Source: Takakia lepidozioides
Taxonomy: Eukaryota; Plantae; Bryophyta
Direction of reading: 5' to 3'
Length of the DNA stretch: 64,000 bases
Assembly: GCA_030704615.1 (NCBI GenBank)
Contig: CM060732.1
Coordinates: forward strand, 43,834,001 to 43,898,000
The position numbers were made by a program, and so were the translations under genes. Of the stretch, positions 1 to 13,269 are shown in pieces (the stretch's first letter is position 1; every line of letters starts with the position of its first letter). Below the pieces are notes generated by a model. It was given only the letters and a program-made list of their open reading frames with translations. It ran no database searches and was not told the DNA's origin.

Positions 1-500
1 GGATGAAACCCGTCGTCAGCGCTGCAATGTCTCCGGACCTTTGACTGACAGAGACGAAATCTGCACAATCAGAATTTCCAGCACTCTTTCTGCAAAACCG
101 ATGGATCCAATTTCGAAGACGGGAATTCACAAGCAGCTCTGGATCGGACCTTCAAAGTTCACTACAACTGAAAAGGAAATAAGAAATTCTTTCAAATCGT
201 TCAAATAAGGAATTCAGTCGTTCAAATTTCGCAACAGTCACCGTCGTCCTTCCCACCAAACAGGAGCGGTCGTCGTAGCAGAAGGATATTCGAAATGAGC
301 ACTTCGGTGACCCCTACGATGTGACAGAATCCACAAGCACCTAACGCACTCATTCAAAACAACCAGCACTTTGTTTCTTTGGAATGCACCAGTCATCGCA
401 GACAAAATCAAAACGACAATGTGCCTCCTACACGAAATTTTCTTTTACAATTTCCTCATTCTGTGACCTTTATGATTCCAGAAGCAAACATTCGGATACA

Positions 501-503
<3 letters not shown>

Positions 504-544
<41 letters not shown>

Positions 545-545
545 G
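504..545. repeat. (TC)n microsatellite upstream of FPG
   Basis: About 20 near-perfect TC units read directly. Confidence 0.95.
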
Positions 546-908
546 TGCAAAGCAGAGATGGCGGTGCGTGGTACAAAATGGCGAGACTCCATCAATGATC
601 AGGCGCCATAGTTTTCATCCTGCAGTGGATGCATATCATCCCACATCCAACTCCGTCCGCCACATTAATAGGATAGATGAATGAAGGTCACGAGTTACGA
701 GAACTACTTCAAGCGAATCTCAAGATGCCATAAGTATCTCGGGCACGTGTGAGGCTGCTCGATTTGGAGTGTGTTGAGGGAAGAAGAGTGAAATAGTTCT
801 CACTCTTCTTCCCTCAACACACTCCAAAGCTGAGAATTGTTGCGTGAAGAAGGCAGGGATTGAATCACGCACGAATTACTCTCACGCATCCAGCTGTGGA
901 AGATCAGG

Positions 909-3900
909 ATGCCGGAGCTACCGGAGGTGGAGGCGGCGCGGAGATTAGTGGAGAAGTATTGCATTGGGGGAGTTATATTGGAAGCCACAGTGGCAGACGA
1001 TGCCAAGGTTATCGAGGGGATTTCTTCGTCGTCGCTGGAAGAATCTCTCAAATCGAAGCGCATATTGGCCGCTTCTCGCAAAGGGAAGCATCTCTGGTTG
1101 GAGCTTGATCAGCAGCCATGGCCATCGTTTCATTTTGGTAGGTTTCTCTGTTTCTTTCGTTGTCTGTGTCTGGAGGTAGGCGAGTTGGGTAAGAGCAACA
1201 TCCCTGGTGAAATATGCAGCTGAATTCCTGGAGGGTGCGGGTTGGTGCACAAGGGTGTTTGCATTGCATTCAGTGCGCTCAAGGATACTGTCATACCAAA
1301 GGTCAGGTTCTACAGTGCACGGATGCACCAGTCAATCCTGTGGGAGAGAAAGAGAATACACATTGTACAAGGGTGGAATGGTGCAGGCATGACTGGAGCG
1401 GTGCTTATCAAGGGTGTCAAAGGGCCGCAGTATAAAAGGTGTAACATGTTTCCTACCGATTTTCACACACCACAAAGATAGGCACATGTGACAATGTCCT
1501 TGGATCAGGCCCCTTCTCTCAAATTTCGGTCGTGACGTCCCGTCTGCCTGAGGTCCGGTGAATGTGAAATGTGCGATTACCTTACCGATGCTAGTGTACT
1601 TTGGAACATGAGCAGCTCAGCTCTGAAGGACGAAGACGTCTGGCCTTCTAAGTTCTCCAAAGTCCACATCAAGGTATACCAGCTGTGGCCTTGCCCTGCC
1701 TCTGCCTTGACATCTCGTGAAGCTAGCTGGCACAGAGAGGGAGAGAGTGTGAGAGAGAGCAACTTTTGATAAACCCACGCCAAAACAGCTGGTTGGTCAC
1801 ACAAACAAAGCACTAGAGAGTTTCTGACCTTAACTCAGCATAGTTTTCATATACAATTCACTTTTAACAGTTGACGGATGTTGGGCACTGTCTTGTCCTT
1901 TTTTGTTGTGGTCCAATTGAGTAACCTCTTCGATATCTGTCTTCATTTTGTTTGCGTCTACCATTTTCATGCACAATGCTTTTCCATTGTCAAAGGAATC
2001 CTTACTTATATTGAAGGCTTTAGAGGTAGTTGAACTTGATGCGGTGGAGGTTCTGCATGCCATATATGTGCCACTAACTGGAGCAATCCCTCCAGGCAGC
2101 TCCCTCAGCTGCCACGAGTCTAATAGATGGAAGGGCTGGTCTGGGTGGGGTGATTGGAGACAGCTAGACACTGGTGTGGAGATGAGTTTCACTGACAAGC
2201 GCCGGTTTGCCCGTGTGCGCCACCTGCCTGATGTATGCTCTCCTTCAATTGTACAACTGTACTCTTGCAAGCTATACAGATCGTATGAAAGCATATCTAT
2301 TCCAGACCTAGAGAGAGAGAAAGATGATGCCAGCTTAAGTTAGTGTAAATAAGAGCCTCTTCCACTTGCTGGTACTGCCTCCTTTCGGGTAGGGGCCCCC
2401 CCAGGCCTACAGAAATGGTTGAGTTAGAGATGTGTGTTATCAGATGTGTGTGTGATGTGTGGTATAAAAAGTGTGTGAGCAGAGAGTTAATGACGGGCAT
2501 GGTATGGTGGGTGCAGCCTTCAGCAGTTCCGCCCATATCAGAACTGGGTTCTGATGCTTTCACAAATTTGCCAGACGAGGGGCATTTTGGGACAGCGGTC
2601 CAATCCAAAAAGACATCCATTAAATCTCTTCTTCTTGATCAGGTTTTAATCCTTGTACTGGGCGGTATGCATATGGAGAGATATGTCCAGCCTTTCTTGG
2701 CATCGCCATGCTACCATTTGTAGCTCCCTTGTCCCTTTTCAAAAAACGATTTCCATATATGAGTGGACGGACATAAGGGCGAAAGTGTAGAAAATTAGAT
2801 GCACATATAATGGATAAGAACACATTTGACACTGGCTCTACATGGTCTTTGTATTCAGAGTTTTCTAGCCGGCATTGGGAACTGGGTGGCTGATGAGGTG
2901 CTCTATCAGGTACATGACCCTCCCTCTCTAAAGTGGCCTTGTCTATAAGACTATCAAACAATCTGCAACTTCATGAGCTAAAAGTCATAAACACATAGTC
3001 ATGATGAGTGAAGCACAGATACCTGGATGGTCTTGTGAGGAAGGAGATGCAATCAATGTGAGGGTGACATATGACAGTGATAAGGGCTCAACTGTGCGAA
3101 GGATTGCAGGCTAAAATTCACCCTGAGCAGACTGCCGCCAGCCTTTCGGACGAGGATTGCAAGCATTTAAGAGCTTCCATCCAAGAGGTGTGCCCTAGCT
3201 TTGTACTGTACCTTATCCTTTGTTGCATATACCAGAGGGCTCTCTGACTTACTGGGCGGTGGAGAGACTTGGTCTGTAGGTGTTGGAAACGGCGGTGAAA
3301 GTTGATGCAGATAGTCAACAATTTCCAGAGCACTGGCTCTTCCATCACCGCTGGGCCAGGAAGCCCGGGTCTTTGAATGGTGAGCTTGTATGCATGCCTA
3401 TACATGGCACAACTTTGCTATGATGTGTGGTGTGGCTGCCAGCATTGACCATGAGGCTTGTCATGCATCAGGCTCCTCCACTTCAATGACAACCAGTAGA
3501 ATTCATTTGCCAATGGAATAGGTTTCTTCTCTTCCATTGGTTTCATTGGTTAGGGCAATTTCTCGGTGCTGAGCTTGAACCTGGAAAGATATGATGGGTC
3601 TGAGATGCAAATGAAGTGCGGGAGGTGATTGACAGTCTTTCACATACATCTGTCTGAAAATTATCTGTAGCCTTTGGAGTGAGCATTTGGAATTGATAAT
3701 GGAAGTGTGGCATGTTATTTGGGGCTGTGCAGGGAACCAGATAGAGCTAATTACAGTCAATGGAAGGGTATGTCTGCTCTCGATATCTCTGAAAAGTGAA
3801 ACATATTTGTGTGTTTGTTCTGTTTTTTGCCAGAGTGGTTAGCTCACAGCATCCACCTTGTCAGTAAGTTTTAATCATTAAAGCTCTAATTTGTTGTCTC

Positions 3901-4579
3901 TGCACTCCCTTGTTCATCCCATATATACTCCAGTTGATTGCACAGAGGCTCTGCTGATGCTATAGTTCTTGTTGTTGTATTGGACCAGACATCTGCGTTT
4001 GTACCAGCTGTGCAAAAGTATTCTGGACCTGACCTTCCTGTCCGACGCAAAGCAGGGGGGAAGAAGACATCCCCCAAAAAGGATTCAGCTTCAGAAAGTC
4101 AAGAAGGAGAAGGCAGCAAAGGAAAGACACGCAGGAAAGGCAAGCAATCTATAACCAGCGAAGCAGCAGTAGAGGTGGTGAAGCCTGCTACGATTCGCAC
4201 GCGCCACAAAGCTGATGCAAGTTCTGCTGTGGCCATCCCAGTTGAAAGCATACGTCAAGGCAGACCCAAGTCTACAGACAGCACTCCCGAGCAAGCTGCT
4301 AAAAACAAGTCTTTACAAAATGTGGGAGCTAGTAACCCTGCTGACATTTCTGCAGGAAGATTAGGGGATGAAGTGCTTCCTCCAAGAAGAGCATCAAAGC
4401 GTCATGGCACTGCTGCAGGTGGAATGACTGGCAGCCAACAGGAGACAAAACAAGCGAAGGTTTCTCATGGCAGAAAAGCTCCAGCTGCTAATCAGGGAAG
4501 CCAGAAAGTGAAACTGACTAGGACCAAAAGTACTGTTGATGCTGTGGAGGTTCGGTCTTCAAAGAGAAAGCGGTCCTAG
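909..4579 (+). CDS. FPG: Formamidopyrimidine-DNA glycosylase (plant FPG/MutM homologue), 10 exons: 909-1137, 1387-1438, 1616-1673, 2164-2232, 2517-2642, 2859-2909, 3110-3187, 3280-3379, 3733-3767, 3989-4579
   Basis: N-terminal catalytic MPELPEVE; RKGKHLW, FHFGMTG, FTDKRRFA, H2TH motif [39 protein letters not shown]. All introns are GT-AG and frame-consistent; long K/R-rich tail. Confidence 0.95.
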
Positions 4580-6439
4580 TCTTGAAGGGATCTGTCAGGT
4601 AGCAGCTGTCCCCAGATACAAGCAGCTCTGTGCCTGCTCCTGAGAGAATTGTAGAGACTCTTAACCAGGGAAAAGGGGGGGTAATCGGCTCAGTTACGCT
4701 GGCGCTGGACAGGGGGTGAGCCTGAGGACAGCAACGTAAGCAGGGCACACTGGGCAGCGTCCCACCACTTTTTGGCCATACCTCTCTTTATTTGAGTGTT
4801 GTACACAACTACAGCACCATGCCTAGCAGATTATGTTAGATTGGGCTGGAAACCACCCCCCTTGGCCGTTGCCTTTCCAGCATATTTAATCCTTTTGACA
4901 AGGGTGGGGATTGACCAGCTCATTCACCTATATTGTAGCACTGCTGCCCCTCCCTTCTGGTGCCATGCATCATGCAATGTACCCTGCCCGTCTTTTGGAA
5001 TGAAGATTGTCGTGTCTTTCTGTAGGCGTTGTGCATTTTTTTTATAGGAGTAGGTAATTATGTGCATATGAGGCATGTGAAAGCTATATTTGGAAGTGCA
5101 ACTTACTTGGAAGGATGGAAGTGGTATCCTGTGTCAGCAGCAACCTGACAGTGTGAAATATAAACTGACACGACAGCTGGGTGAGTTTCATTTCTAGTTT
5201 CATATCAAGAAATCAACAGGGATGCAATGTGTAAATGACTTTTCCTCCTTTTAGTTCTCCCTTGGCGCCTTCTCATGGATGTTTCATTCATTCTTTTGGA
5301 AGAGAGTTGTTGGCAAGCGTTGCTGTTGCTCCAGCACGCATTATGTCTGTGCCTTCCATGGATCATCTTCGGTGAAGCTCCCTCTCCTTCCTTTGTTTCT
5401 CCTTTCTTGCTTGTGGTAGGATGTACTTTGGGGCAGTGTGAGCTGGCTCCTCTTCCATCCAGCTTTCGTTGCGCCTGACAAGCCTTTGTAGGTTGTTATG
5501 GATAGCTGAAGAAGTGACAGCGAGTTTTTCCCCAGCAAAAGAAAGGGTGATGCTTATGTAAACTGTGTGATGCACAATTCCTCCTGGATCCCAATCATGC
5601 TCCATTTGAAATGAAGATGCTCTGGAAACATTTGTTTGAGGGCACTACATAATGTGGCCTCTGCAAACAGGAAGTTTGCTTGTCCTTGTGACAAAGGATT
5701 TTTTGGAACAGAGGTTCATATTCTACAGCTCTATAGGAAAGTCTACAGCGGCATCCCTCGAGTATGGATGCACATGCATTTCTACTCCATGTGCCCTGCG
5801 TTTGTTAGGATGACTGGAAACCTTTGTACAGGAATAAATACATGTTTAGTTCTGAATGATGATCTGTCTATAGCTTTCCATGGATTACACGGAACCTTAT
5901 ATAACTCAAGTAAACTTATGTTCTGGACATGTAGCATTTGCTTCTTCAGAAAGCAACTTGGGTGTTGAAAAGCAGATCAGTTGCTCAGGAACTCTGAGTC
6001 CTAGTCCAATTTGCCCTAACACACACAGCTCTAGTTTGACTCCTCTCCCCAGCAAACTTTTTGTGTAGCATCGTCAACTGGGCCTGCCTGGTCTATCAAA
6101 ATCAGAAGTTGGTAGTTCAAAATCCTACACACAATATGATAGAAATAAAGGAATTTATTGTGCCACCGAGTAGAGCCTGAATAGACTTGAGAGAGAAAGA
6201 GAGAAATTTCAACCAAAAAGAGCAATATTTCAGTCACCTACATGCTGAAGGTTTGAAGGAAAAACTTAACCCCTAAAAGCCGGACCGACCCAAATTGGGT
6301 CGGTTTGGCTTGTCCCTTTATTGCGTTGGTCCTACCAGTTGCAGATGAAGTCCGATGAAGTCAGACCTTTGAATGAAAAAGAAGCGCCTACAAGTAAGGA
6401 TTCCAACGCACTAATGTGCGCCCCATACAGTAAAGCAAA

Positions 6440-8690
6440 TCTGCCAAAAATGATCACTCCTCAGTTCACATTTCAGTGACAACACCCGGCTTTAGAATGA
6501 AAGGCAGGGGGCTACTTCAAGCTCAACCCAACTTTTCTAAAGGATCAAGAGGTTGTTAAAGCTCTGGAAAATGCGTGGACAACTGTTGTTACTCCCTTCC
6601 ACTCACCCACAGCTCGATTCCTGGCAAAGATGCGTATATTGAGGAACCTCTGTCAGGATATATCCAGGGAGAAAGCTGAAGAAAGCAATTGCAGGCAGAA
6701 AGCTTTGACAAAATGTCTGGAGGTATGCCAGTACCAATTGCAGACGGGAAATGAGGGCCCATACACAATGACGTCCTACAGACTTGCCAAAAGGAATCTA
6801 TCACTTCTGTTGCATGCCAGGGAGAACTTCATGAGTTAATTGGTCACTAAAGGGCGAAAAAATGACAAAATACTTCTTTACCAAAACAGCACAAAGGAGA
6901 ACAGCGACTCTGGTACCGGCCTTGCATGATCCTGACACTGGATTGCTGGTCGAAGACCCCAAAAAGATGGCATCGGTGGCCGCAAGGTTTTTTCAGCATC
7001 TCTTCCAAGGGCAGCCCCCCTCAGATCAAAAAGACCATGCTATGGCGACTCTCATCAGCTAGGTCCCTTTGTGCTCGTGACAGGGAAAAAACAAGCCCGG
7101 CATCACCATTTGACATGTAGGAACTGGGAAGGGCAGTGGATTCTATGGCCTCTCAAAAATCACCAGGCCTAGACGGCCTCCCTATGGAGTTGTTCAAAGT
7201 TCTCTGGCAAGCTATAGGAGATGATTTCCTATCAATGGCCAATGACATCCTTCTAGCCCATGAGAGCCTCCACAGGGCTGAGATGAACAATCAGCCATTG
7301 GCGTTCCTGATGCTGGATTTTGAGAAGGCTTTCGACTCCATTGACTGGCCTTTTCTCCTGAAGGTTTTGGAAAAAACAGGGCTAAGGGGTCATTTCCTGG
7401 CATGGGTTCGGATACTGCTTCATTCGGCCTCTAGCAAGGTAATGGTTAATGGGGTAATCTCCAGATCCTTCCCATTATCCAGATCAGTACGACAAGGTTG
7501 TCCACTCGCCCCGTTCCTTTTCTTGATTGCGGCGGATTCACTGGGTCATCTATTGGACTCTAGACACGACATCATTGGTCTTCAATTGCCCACCTACAGG
7601 CCCGAAATGCTGAAATTATCTATGTATGTAGATGACACGGTGCTCCTACTAGACAATACAAGGAAAAACAACATAGACAAAGCGCTACATGCCCTCCATA
7701 CTTTTTGCATTGGATCAGGCCTAAAAGTGAATTAGGGAAAGTCCATGGGAATCCTCTCCTTCCTGCAAGATGGGGCTCCCACAACACATTGTCAATCATG
7801 GGGCCAAGACCTTGGTTTAAGGTGGCTACAACCGAGGGAGTCACACACCTTGCTGGGTCACCAGATGGGCATACATCTTACGCAGCACAACCGAATGAAA
7901 GAGGTGCTTTCCAAACTTAAGAGAAGCCTGGCTTTTTGGAGCTCGACAATGCTTTCTATAGTGGGCAGAGCACTAGTAGCCAATCAAGTTCTGGAAGGCT
8001 CGCTATGGTTTTATGCTGCAGTATGGGACCTAGAGGCTGCCCTTCATAAGGAGATAAGAGCCCTCATTAGAATTTTCATCTGGGGGGCCACCCCCACTAC
8101 GCCATTGAGACGGGCACTAGTCTCATGGGACCAGCTGTGCCAAAAGAAAAAGCGGGGAGGCTTGGGAATTTTGGACATGCAGCTCAGATCAAAGCACTAA
8201 TGGCAAAATGGATACCGAGGGCAATAAAACACAGGAGTACTCCCTGGAGCAAACTCATTCAGCCTTATTTGATGGGGTCTATCCCCGCATCTTCTCCCCT
8301 CTGGGCTCATTCTCTCAAGTGGATTGTCCAAGGTAGAAATGCAGGAATTAAGCTAGGTTCCAGACCATGGCAAACAATTTGGAAAGCATGGCATGCCCTG
8401 AGGGGCAATCTCACGCAAAGAATGTCTGCCGCTATACAAGAATGCTTCCGCCAGTCACTGTTCATCAACTTCAACATGGACTCTACCCCTCTGCTGAAAC
8501 ATACCCCGGCCTGGGCTTTTTTGGAAGGGAAAGGCTTCACCCACATCGCCTATATTAGAGAGCAGGACCAGTTCTTGACGGAGGAGCAAGTCTCTACATC
8601 CCTGGGTGGAAGAAGGTCTAGAGCTTGGAACACTGTCCTGTCAAATATCCCACAATACATGATGCCCATCCTTGATGGGGGGTGCTATTC
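6440..8690 (+). mobile_element. Decayed L1-clade LINE ORF2 fragment (end of APE endonuclease, RT with internal deletion, post-RT region)
   Basis: SDQHP..GYFKLNPTFL (endonuclease end), KSPGLDGLP, LDFEKAFDSIDW, RQGCPLAP, YVDD, KKRGGLGI. Stops and frameshifts present; the segment between FLSMAN and DILLAHE is missing. Confidence 0.9.
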
Positions 8691-10724
8691 TGTGAGCCCG
8701 GAGGTGTGAGCCTGTGAGCCCAGGAAACCGTGAGCCCAGCACAGGCTCACGCCACGTCAGCATGCATACAGGGCCTATTTCCGCGGGTGTCACCTATTAC
8801 CGCAGGTTGATCAGCCATTTCCCGGACCATCATTTCTATACATTGCATCCATCTAGGCGTTATCAACATACCAAGCCCCCTGCATTGGAATGTGGGTACG
8901 TCGTGAGGAGGTGCACACTGACATCATCCAAAGCGGATTCCTGCGAAATCTTTCCTTACTCACCACCCTTGCGAACATGCCAGGTATGTGCGAGAGCATC
9001 ATGGATGCTCACCAGATTTGAGAATGCCTGAACGTTCTTTGATCACGTGGACTTCACCGTGATGGATTTACCAATAGCAGGAATGGTTTGGAGACCAACG
9101 AGCAAATGATGCGAGAATGCTCTACACGAACCAAAGTCATTTGTTTGTTTTTGCAATGCACTCAAGCCTGTGAGGTCCGCAAAACACTAAATAGATTGAA
9201 AGAACAATCCGGGCAGTCCATGCAACCCCCATCTCCAACAATAGTTTGTTCCCATGAATTTGCATCCCACGCACACATTGCAAACAGGACAACAAGGACA
9301 CACAACCATCCCATTTCAAATTTGGCCCCGAATAAAAGCAAAAGAAAACTTCATATCAAGTGTCACAGTCATCAGAATCTGTCTCGACCTCCTGTGCTAT
9401 GTCATCCACAAAGATTCTGGCCCCAACACCACGTCTTCTACCACGGTCGTCGATGGGTGGACTGCGAGTGCCATGAACGGACATGCTTGCTGCGAGTGCC
9501 TCCGCATAGACAGGTAGCACGTAAGACCGAGGAGGACTTGAAAGAAGTCCAAATAGGTGTGATAGCCCTGGAGGGTAAGTGGAAGCACACGGACTCCTGC
9601 ACAAGTCGACAAAAACTCATTTTGAACACAATGATGCAATGCACAAGTCCAACGAAGAGGATGTCTCCCATGTGCACTTTGCCTCAAGAACAGTGATTCT
9701 GGATATTGAAACAACAATGCAAACATCCACAGGTTGAACTTACTCACAGGCAAAGTCGGAGTCCAGCTCCTTGTCGGAAGTCTCCCCTATATCAATATCA
9801 CCGGGAAGGGGTTTCAGAAGGACTTGAGAAGTGTGTCCACCCAAACCCATCGGAAGGTTCTTGTAAATCTCGGCATCCCCTTCAATCCCAAAAAGATGTC
9901 GCGCACTGGCCTTGCAAGCGTGGTACAAAGCACCTGCAGTGGAATAGAATGAAGGAAACAGACATTGAAGACACATTTGGAACGGTGGGAAGTGCTGAAA
10001 GTGCAAGCTCAAACAAACCTCATGAAATGTGAATGTTGAAGAGACGAACCTGTGCCCATTGACAAATCTTGTGGTTTTTGCTTGAGAATGAGAGAAACCA
10101 GGTTGTTATGCAAGGAGCACCGTGGAGCTCTTGGTTGTTAGAAGCGGAGACGATGTGGGTTACGAGGTGCTAGACCTTGGCATTCGATTTTCAGCTCAGA
10201 GATGAAAGCACCATACTGCAGGTAATTCCAGAGCACCTTGATGGTTTCAAATTGTGTACATGCATGAGCAAGCACGATTGGGAAGAGGACCAGTCAAGAG
10301 TAGGTTATAGTGGCTTTGGTGGCAAAGCTGAGAACTGGACTTGGGAATGCGAGCTTTCATTGTGTGAAGGATTGCAAGACCAAGCGAAAGGGCTGATTTG
10401 GCTTGGGGCAAATCAGTGCACTTTGTGGAGTATGTTGAGAGTGGGTTTCAATCTCGAGCTTCAGCATTGAGAGGGCTCTTGTCATGGCAAGAGCAGGGCT
10501 GGAACAGGAGCTATGAGGTGCGGCAAGGCCATGGAATGTGCACCTAGGGTTTCAGAGCTTGGAAGAAGAGCTCTTGCACCACAAGAGGAGTGTCTTGTGG
10601 TTGGAAATGTAAGCCTTAGGGTTTCAGGAGCTTGGCAAAGGCTGTGGAGTGCTTAGTCTTGTCTTAGAGAGCATCAAGGAGCCAAGGAGCCAAGATAGGG
10701 GGCTGATACCTCTTGTATGAAGAG

Positions 10725-11035
10725 GTTGCATGTGTAGAGCATGTATTCAGCTCAAGCTTGGAGGGCAAGCAAGGAAGAGGGAAGGGCTGACTTCCCTTAT
10801 GTGAGGGCAATGCATGTGTGGAGCATGTTTTCAGCCTGTTGAAGGCTTGTACTTTCAGGTTTGGGAGTGCAAGAAAAGAAAGAAGGGGCTGGTTTCCCTG
10901 TAGGGCATGTGTGGAGCATGCTTCCAGCCCGCTGAAGCTTGTATTTTCAGGTTGGTGGGTGCAAGAAAGGAAGCAAAGGGGCTGATTCTCTTGTGGTGAG
11001 AGTGGGGCATGTGTGGAGCATGCCTTTAGTCCATT
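10725..11035. repeat. Four degenerate ~85-100 bp tandem units with core GCATGTGTGGAGCATG
   Basis: Core at ~10728, 10812, 10905 and 11007 with similar flanks (cagcc..gaagcttgta..ttcaggtt..gcaagaaagg). Confidence 0.8.
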
Positions 11036-11528
11036 GGGCTTTTGTTTTCAAGCTGTAGAGAACTAGAAGAGAAGATAAGGGGCTCTTATGTGACAGTTCG
11101 ACACTTGTAGAACGTGTTCTTAGTTGGGGTTTCAACCACAAGCCTAGATAGAGCATGGCTCTTGAAGTGGCAGATGTAGGGGGCTGGAATAGGCTCTAAA
11201 ACAGATGTTATGGCCAAGGAAAACATTTGAATGAGTGCTCACAAGGGCTGGAAACCAGCAAGGCTTGGCTGTTTGCCATTGAGTTTGGTGGCGTGTTTGG
11301 GGAGTCTAAGTGAGAAAGAATGCTTGGTTTGTGGCAACCATCTTCCTCATGGCTTAGGGCTACTATTGGTGGTGTGTGGGAGCCAAAAGAGCAAGAATAC
11401 CTTGCTGATTTCTTCACAGCCACCATAGCTCGGTGCAAAGAAGCCTAGAGTCCAAGAGACACAAACCCTAGCGTGGCGTGGCTAAACCCCTTGGAGAAAT
11501 GGCTAAACTGCCATGAGTGGCCATGGAT

Positions 11529-12544
11529 GGGCTGTGAGGGGCTGTGGCGGGCTGTGACAGGCTGTGCCCAGTGGCCTGTGGGGCTGTGACGGGCTGTGAC
11601 AGGCTGTGCCCAGTGGCCTGTGGGGCTGTGAGGGGCTGTGACAGGCTGTGCCCTGTGGCCTATGGGGCTGTGACGGGCTGTGGCGGGCTGTGACAGGTTG
11701 TGCTCAGTGGCCTGTGGGGCTGTGAGGGGCTGTGAGGGGCTGTGACAGGCTGTGCCCTGTGGCCTGTGGGGCTGTGACGGGCTATGAGGGGCTGTGACAG
11801 GCTGTGATGGGCTGTGGCGGGCTGTGACAGGCTGTGTCCTGTGGCCTGTGGGGCTGTGATGGGCTGTGACAGGCTGTGGTGGGCTGTGCCCTGTGGCCTG
11901 TGGGGCTGTGACGGGCTGTGACACGCTGTGATGGGCTGTGAGGGGCTGTGACAGGCTGTGCCCTATGGCCTGTGGGGCTGTGACGGGCTGTGAGGGGCTA
12001 TGGCCTTTGGGGCTGTGACCCCTGTGACCTGTGTAGGGCTGTGACAGGCTGTGCTATGTGGCCTGTGGGGCTGTGACGGGTTGTGAGGGGCTGTGACAGG
12101 TTGTGGCGGGCTGGGACAGGCTGTGCCCTGTGGCCTATGGGGCTGTGATGGGCTGTGAGGGGCTGTGGCCTTTGAGGCTGTGACCCCTGTGACCTGTATA
12201 GGGTTGTGACAGGCTGTGCCATGTGGCCCGTGGGGCTATGAGGGGCTGTGAGGGGCTGTGACAGCCTGTGGCGGGCTGGGACAGGCTGTGCCCTGTGGCC
12301 TGTGGGGCTGTGACGGGCTGTGAGGGGCTGTGGCCTTTGGGGCTGTGACCCTGTGACCTTTGTAGGGCTGTGACAGGCTGTGCCTGTGGCCTTTGGGGTT
12401 GTGATGGGCTGTGACAGGCTGTGACATGTGGCCTTTGGGGCTGTGACGGGCTGTGACAGGCTGCGGCCTGTGGGGTTGTGACCCTGTGACCTGTGTAGGG
12501 CTGTGACAGGCTGTGGCCTATGTGGGGCTGTGACGGCTGTGACC
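11529..12544. repeat. G-rich minisatellite, 10-11 bp unit (G/A)GGCTGTG(AC/AG/GC/CC) with higher-order blocks
   Basis: About 1 kb of continuous GGGCTGTGAC-like units. Confidence 0.95.
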
Positions 12545-13269
12545 AGTGAGTTGTGTGGGCCTGTGCTGGTTTGTGGTGGCCCGTGTTGACCTGTGGACGG
12601 CCTGTGCTGACTCGTGGAGGCACTTGTGGATTGCCTAAGGACTGGCATGTGCCGAATTTTGAAGCTCGTGGAGGGCGGTTTGAGGAGTATCTTCATGATA
12701 TTCCATGGTCATGCAAGTGAGGGAAGAGAGGAGAGGAAGAGTGTTGGGATGAGGGCATGCTGGGGTTAGGCATTGCTTTACCTTCTCTTCCTCGTAGTTT
12801 CCACCCTCTCATTAGGCCAAGACCTTTCCGTAGGTGGAGGCAAGAGTCAGTCCGGATTTGGGCTGGGGTGTCCTTGCAGGAGCAACACCGTGGAGTTGTT
12901 TTTGGTGTGGGGGAGTTGTCGTTCTGATTTCTTGTGTTTGGATCCCCTCCATACCTGCATGCTTGACTGTGCGCCATGCTAGTTTTGTGTGGGCGCTTGT
13001 TTTTATAGGTGATTGGTCCGGATTTGATCACCGGCCAGTCCTAGAGCATGTTGTTGATGGTGAGGCTGGGGTGATAACCAGCCAGACCATCATTGTTTCT
13101 CCTATGGTGAGGTTGGAGGTGATGACCAGCCAACCATAGGAGTGCTTGCGGTGGATGCAGGTACAGGTGTAGGCTATGTTAGGAACTTAGTATTCCAAAC
13201 CATAAGCCGCAACAGGTTCTCTACCCGGTTACCTTGTGGAGAGGGGGTTAGAGACATGTTCATGACCGG

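Noticed and set aside
1-440. 5' exons of a divergent minus-strand gene
   Set aside because: Splice-like signals are present, but there is no recognisable coding sequence within the window.
10725-11035. CRISPR-like repeat-spacer pattern
   Set aside because: The spacers resemble each other, the context is eukaryotic and no cas genes are present.
11445-12696. Long P/Q/T/H-rich ORFs on the minus strand
   Set aside because: They are by-products of the stop-poor minisatellite and open in several frames.
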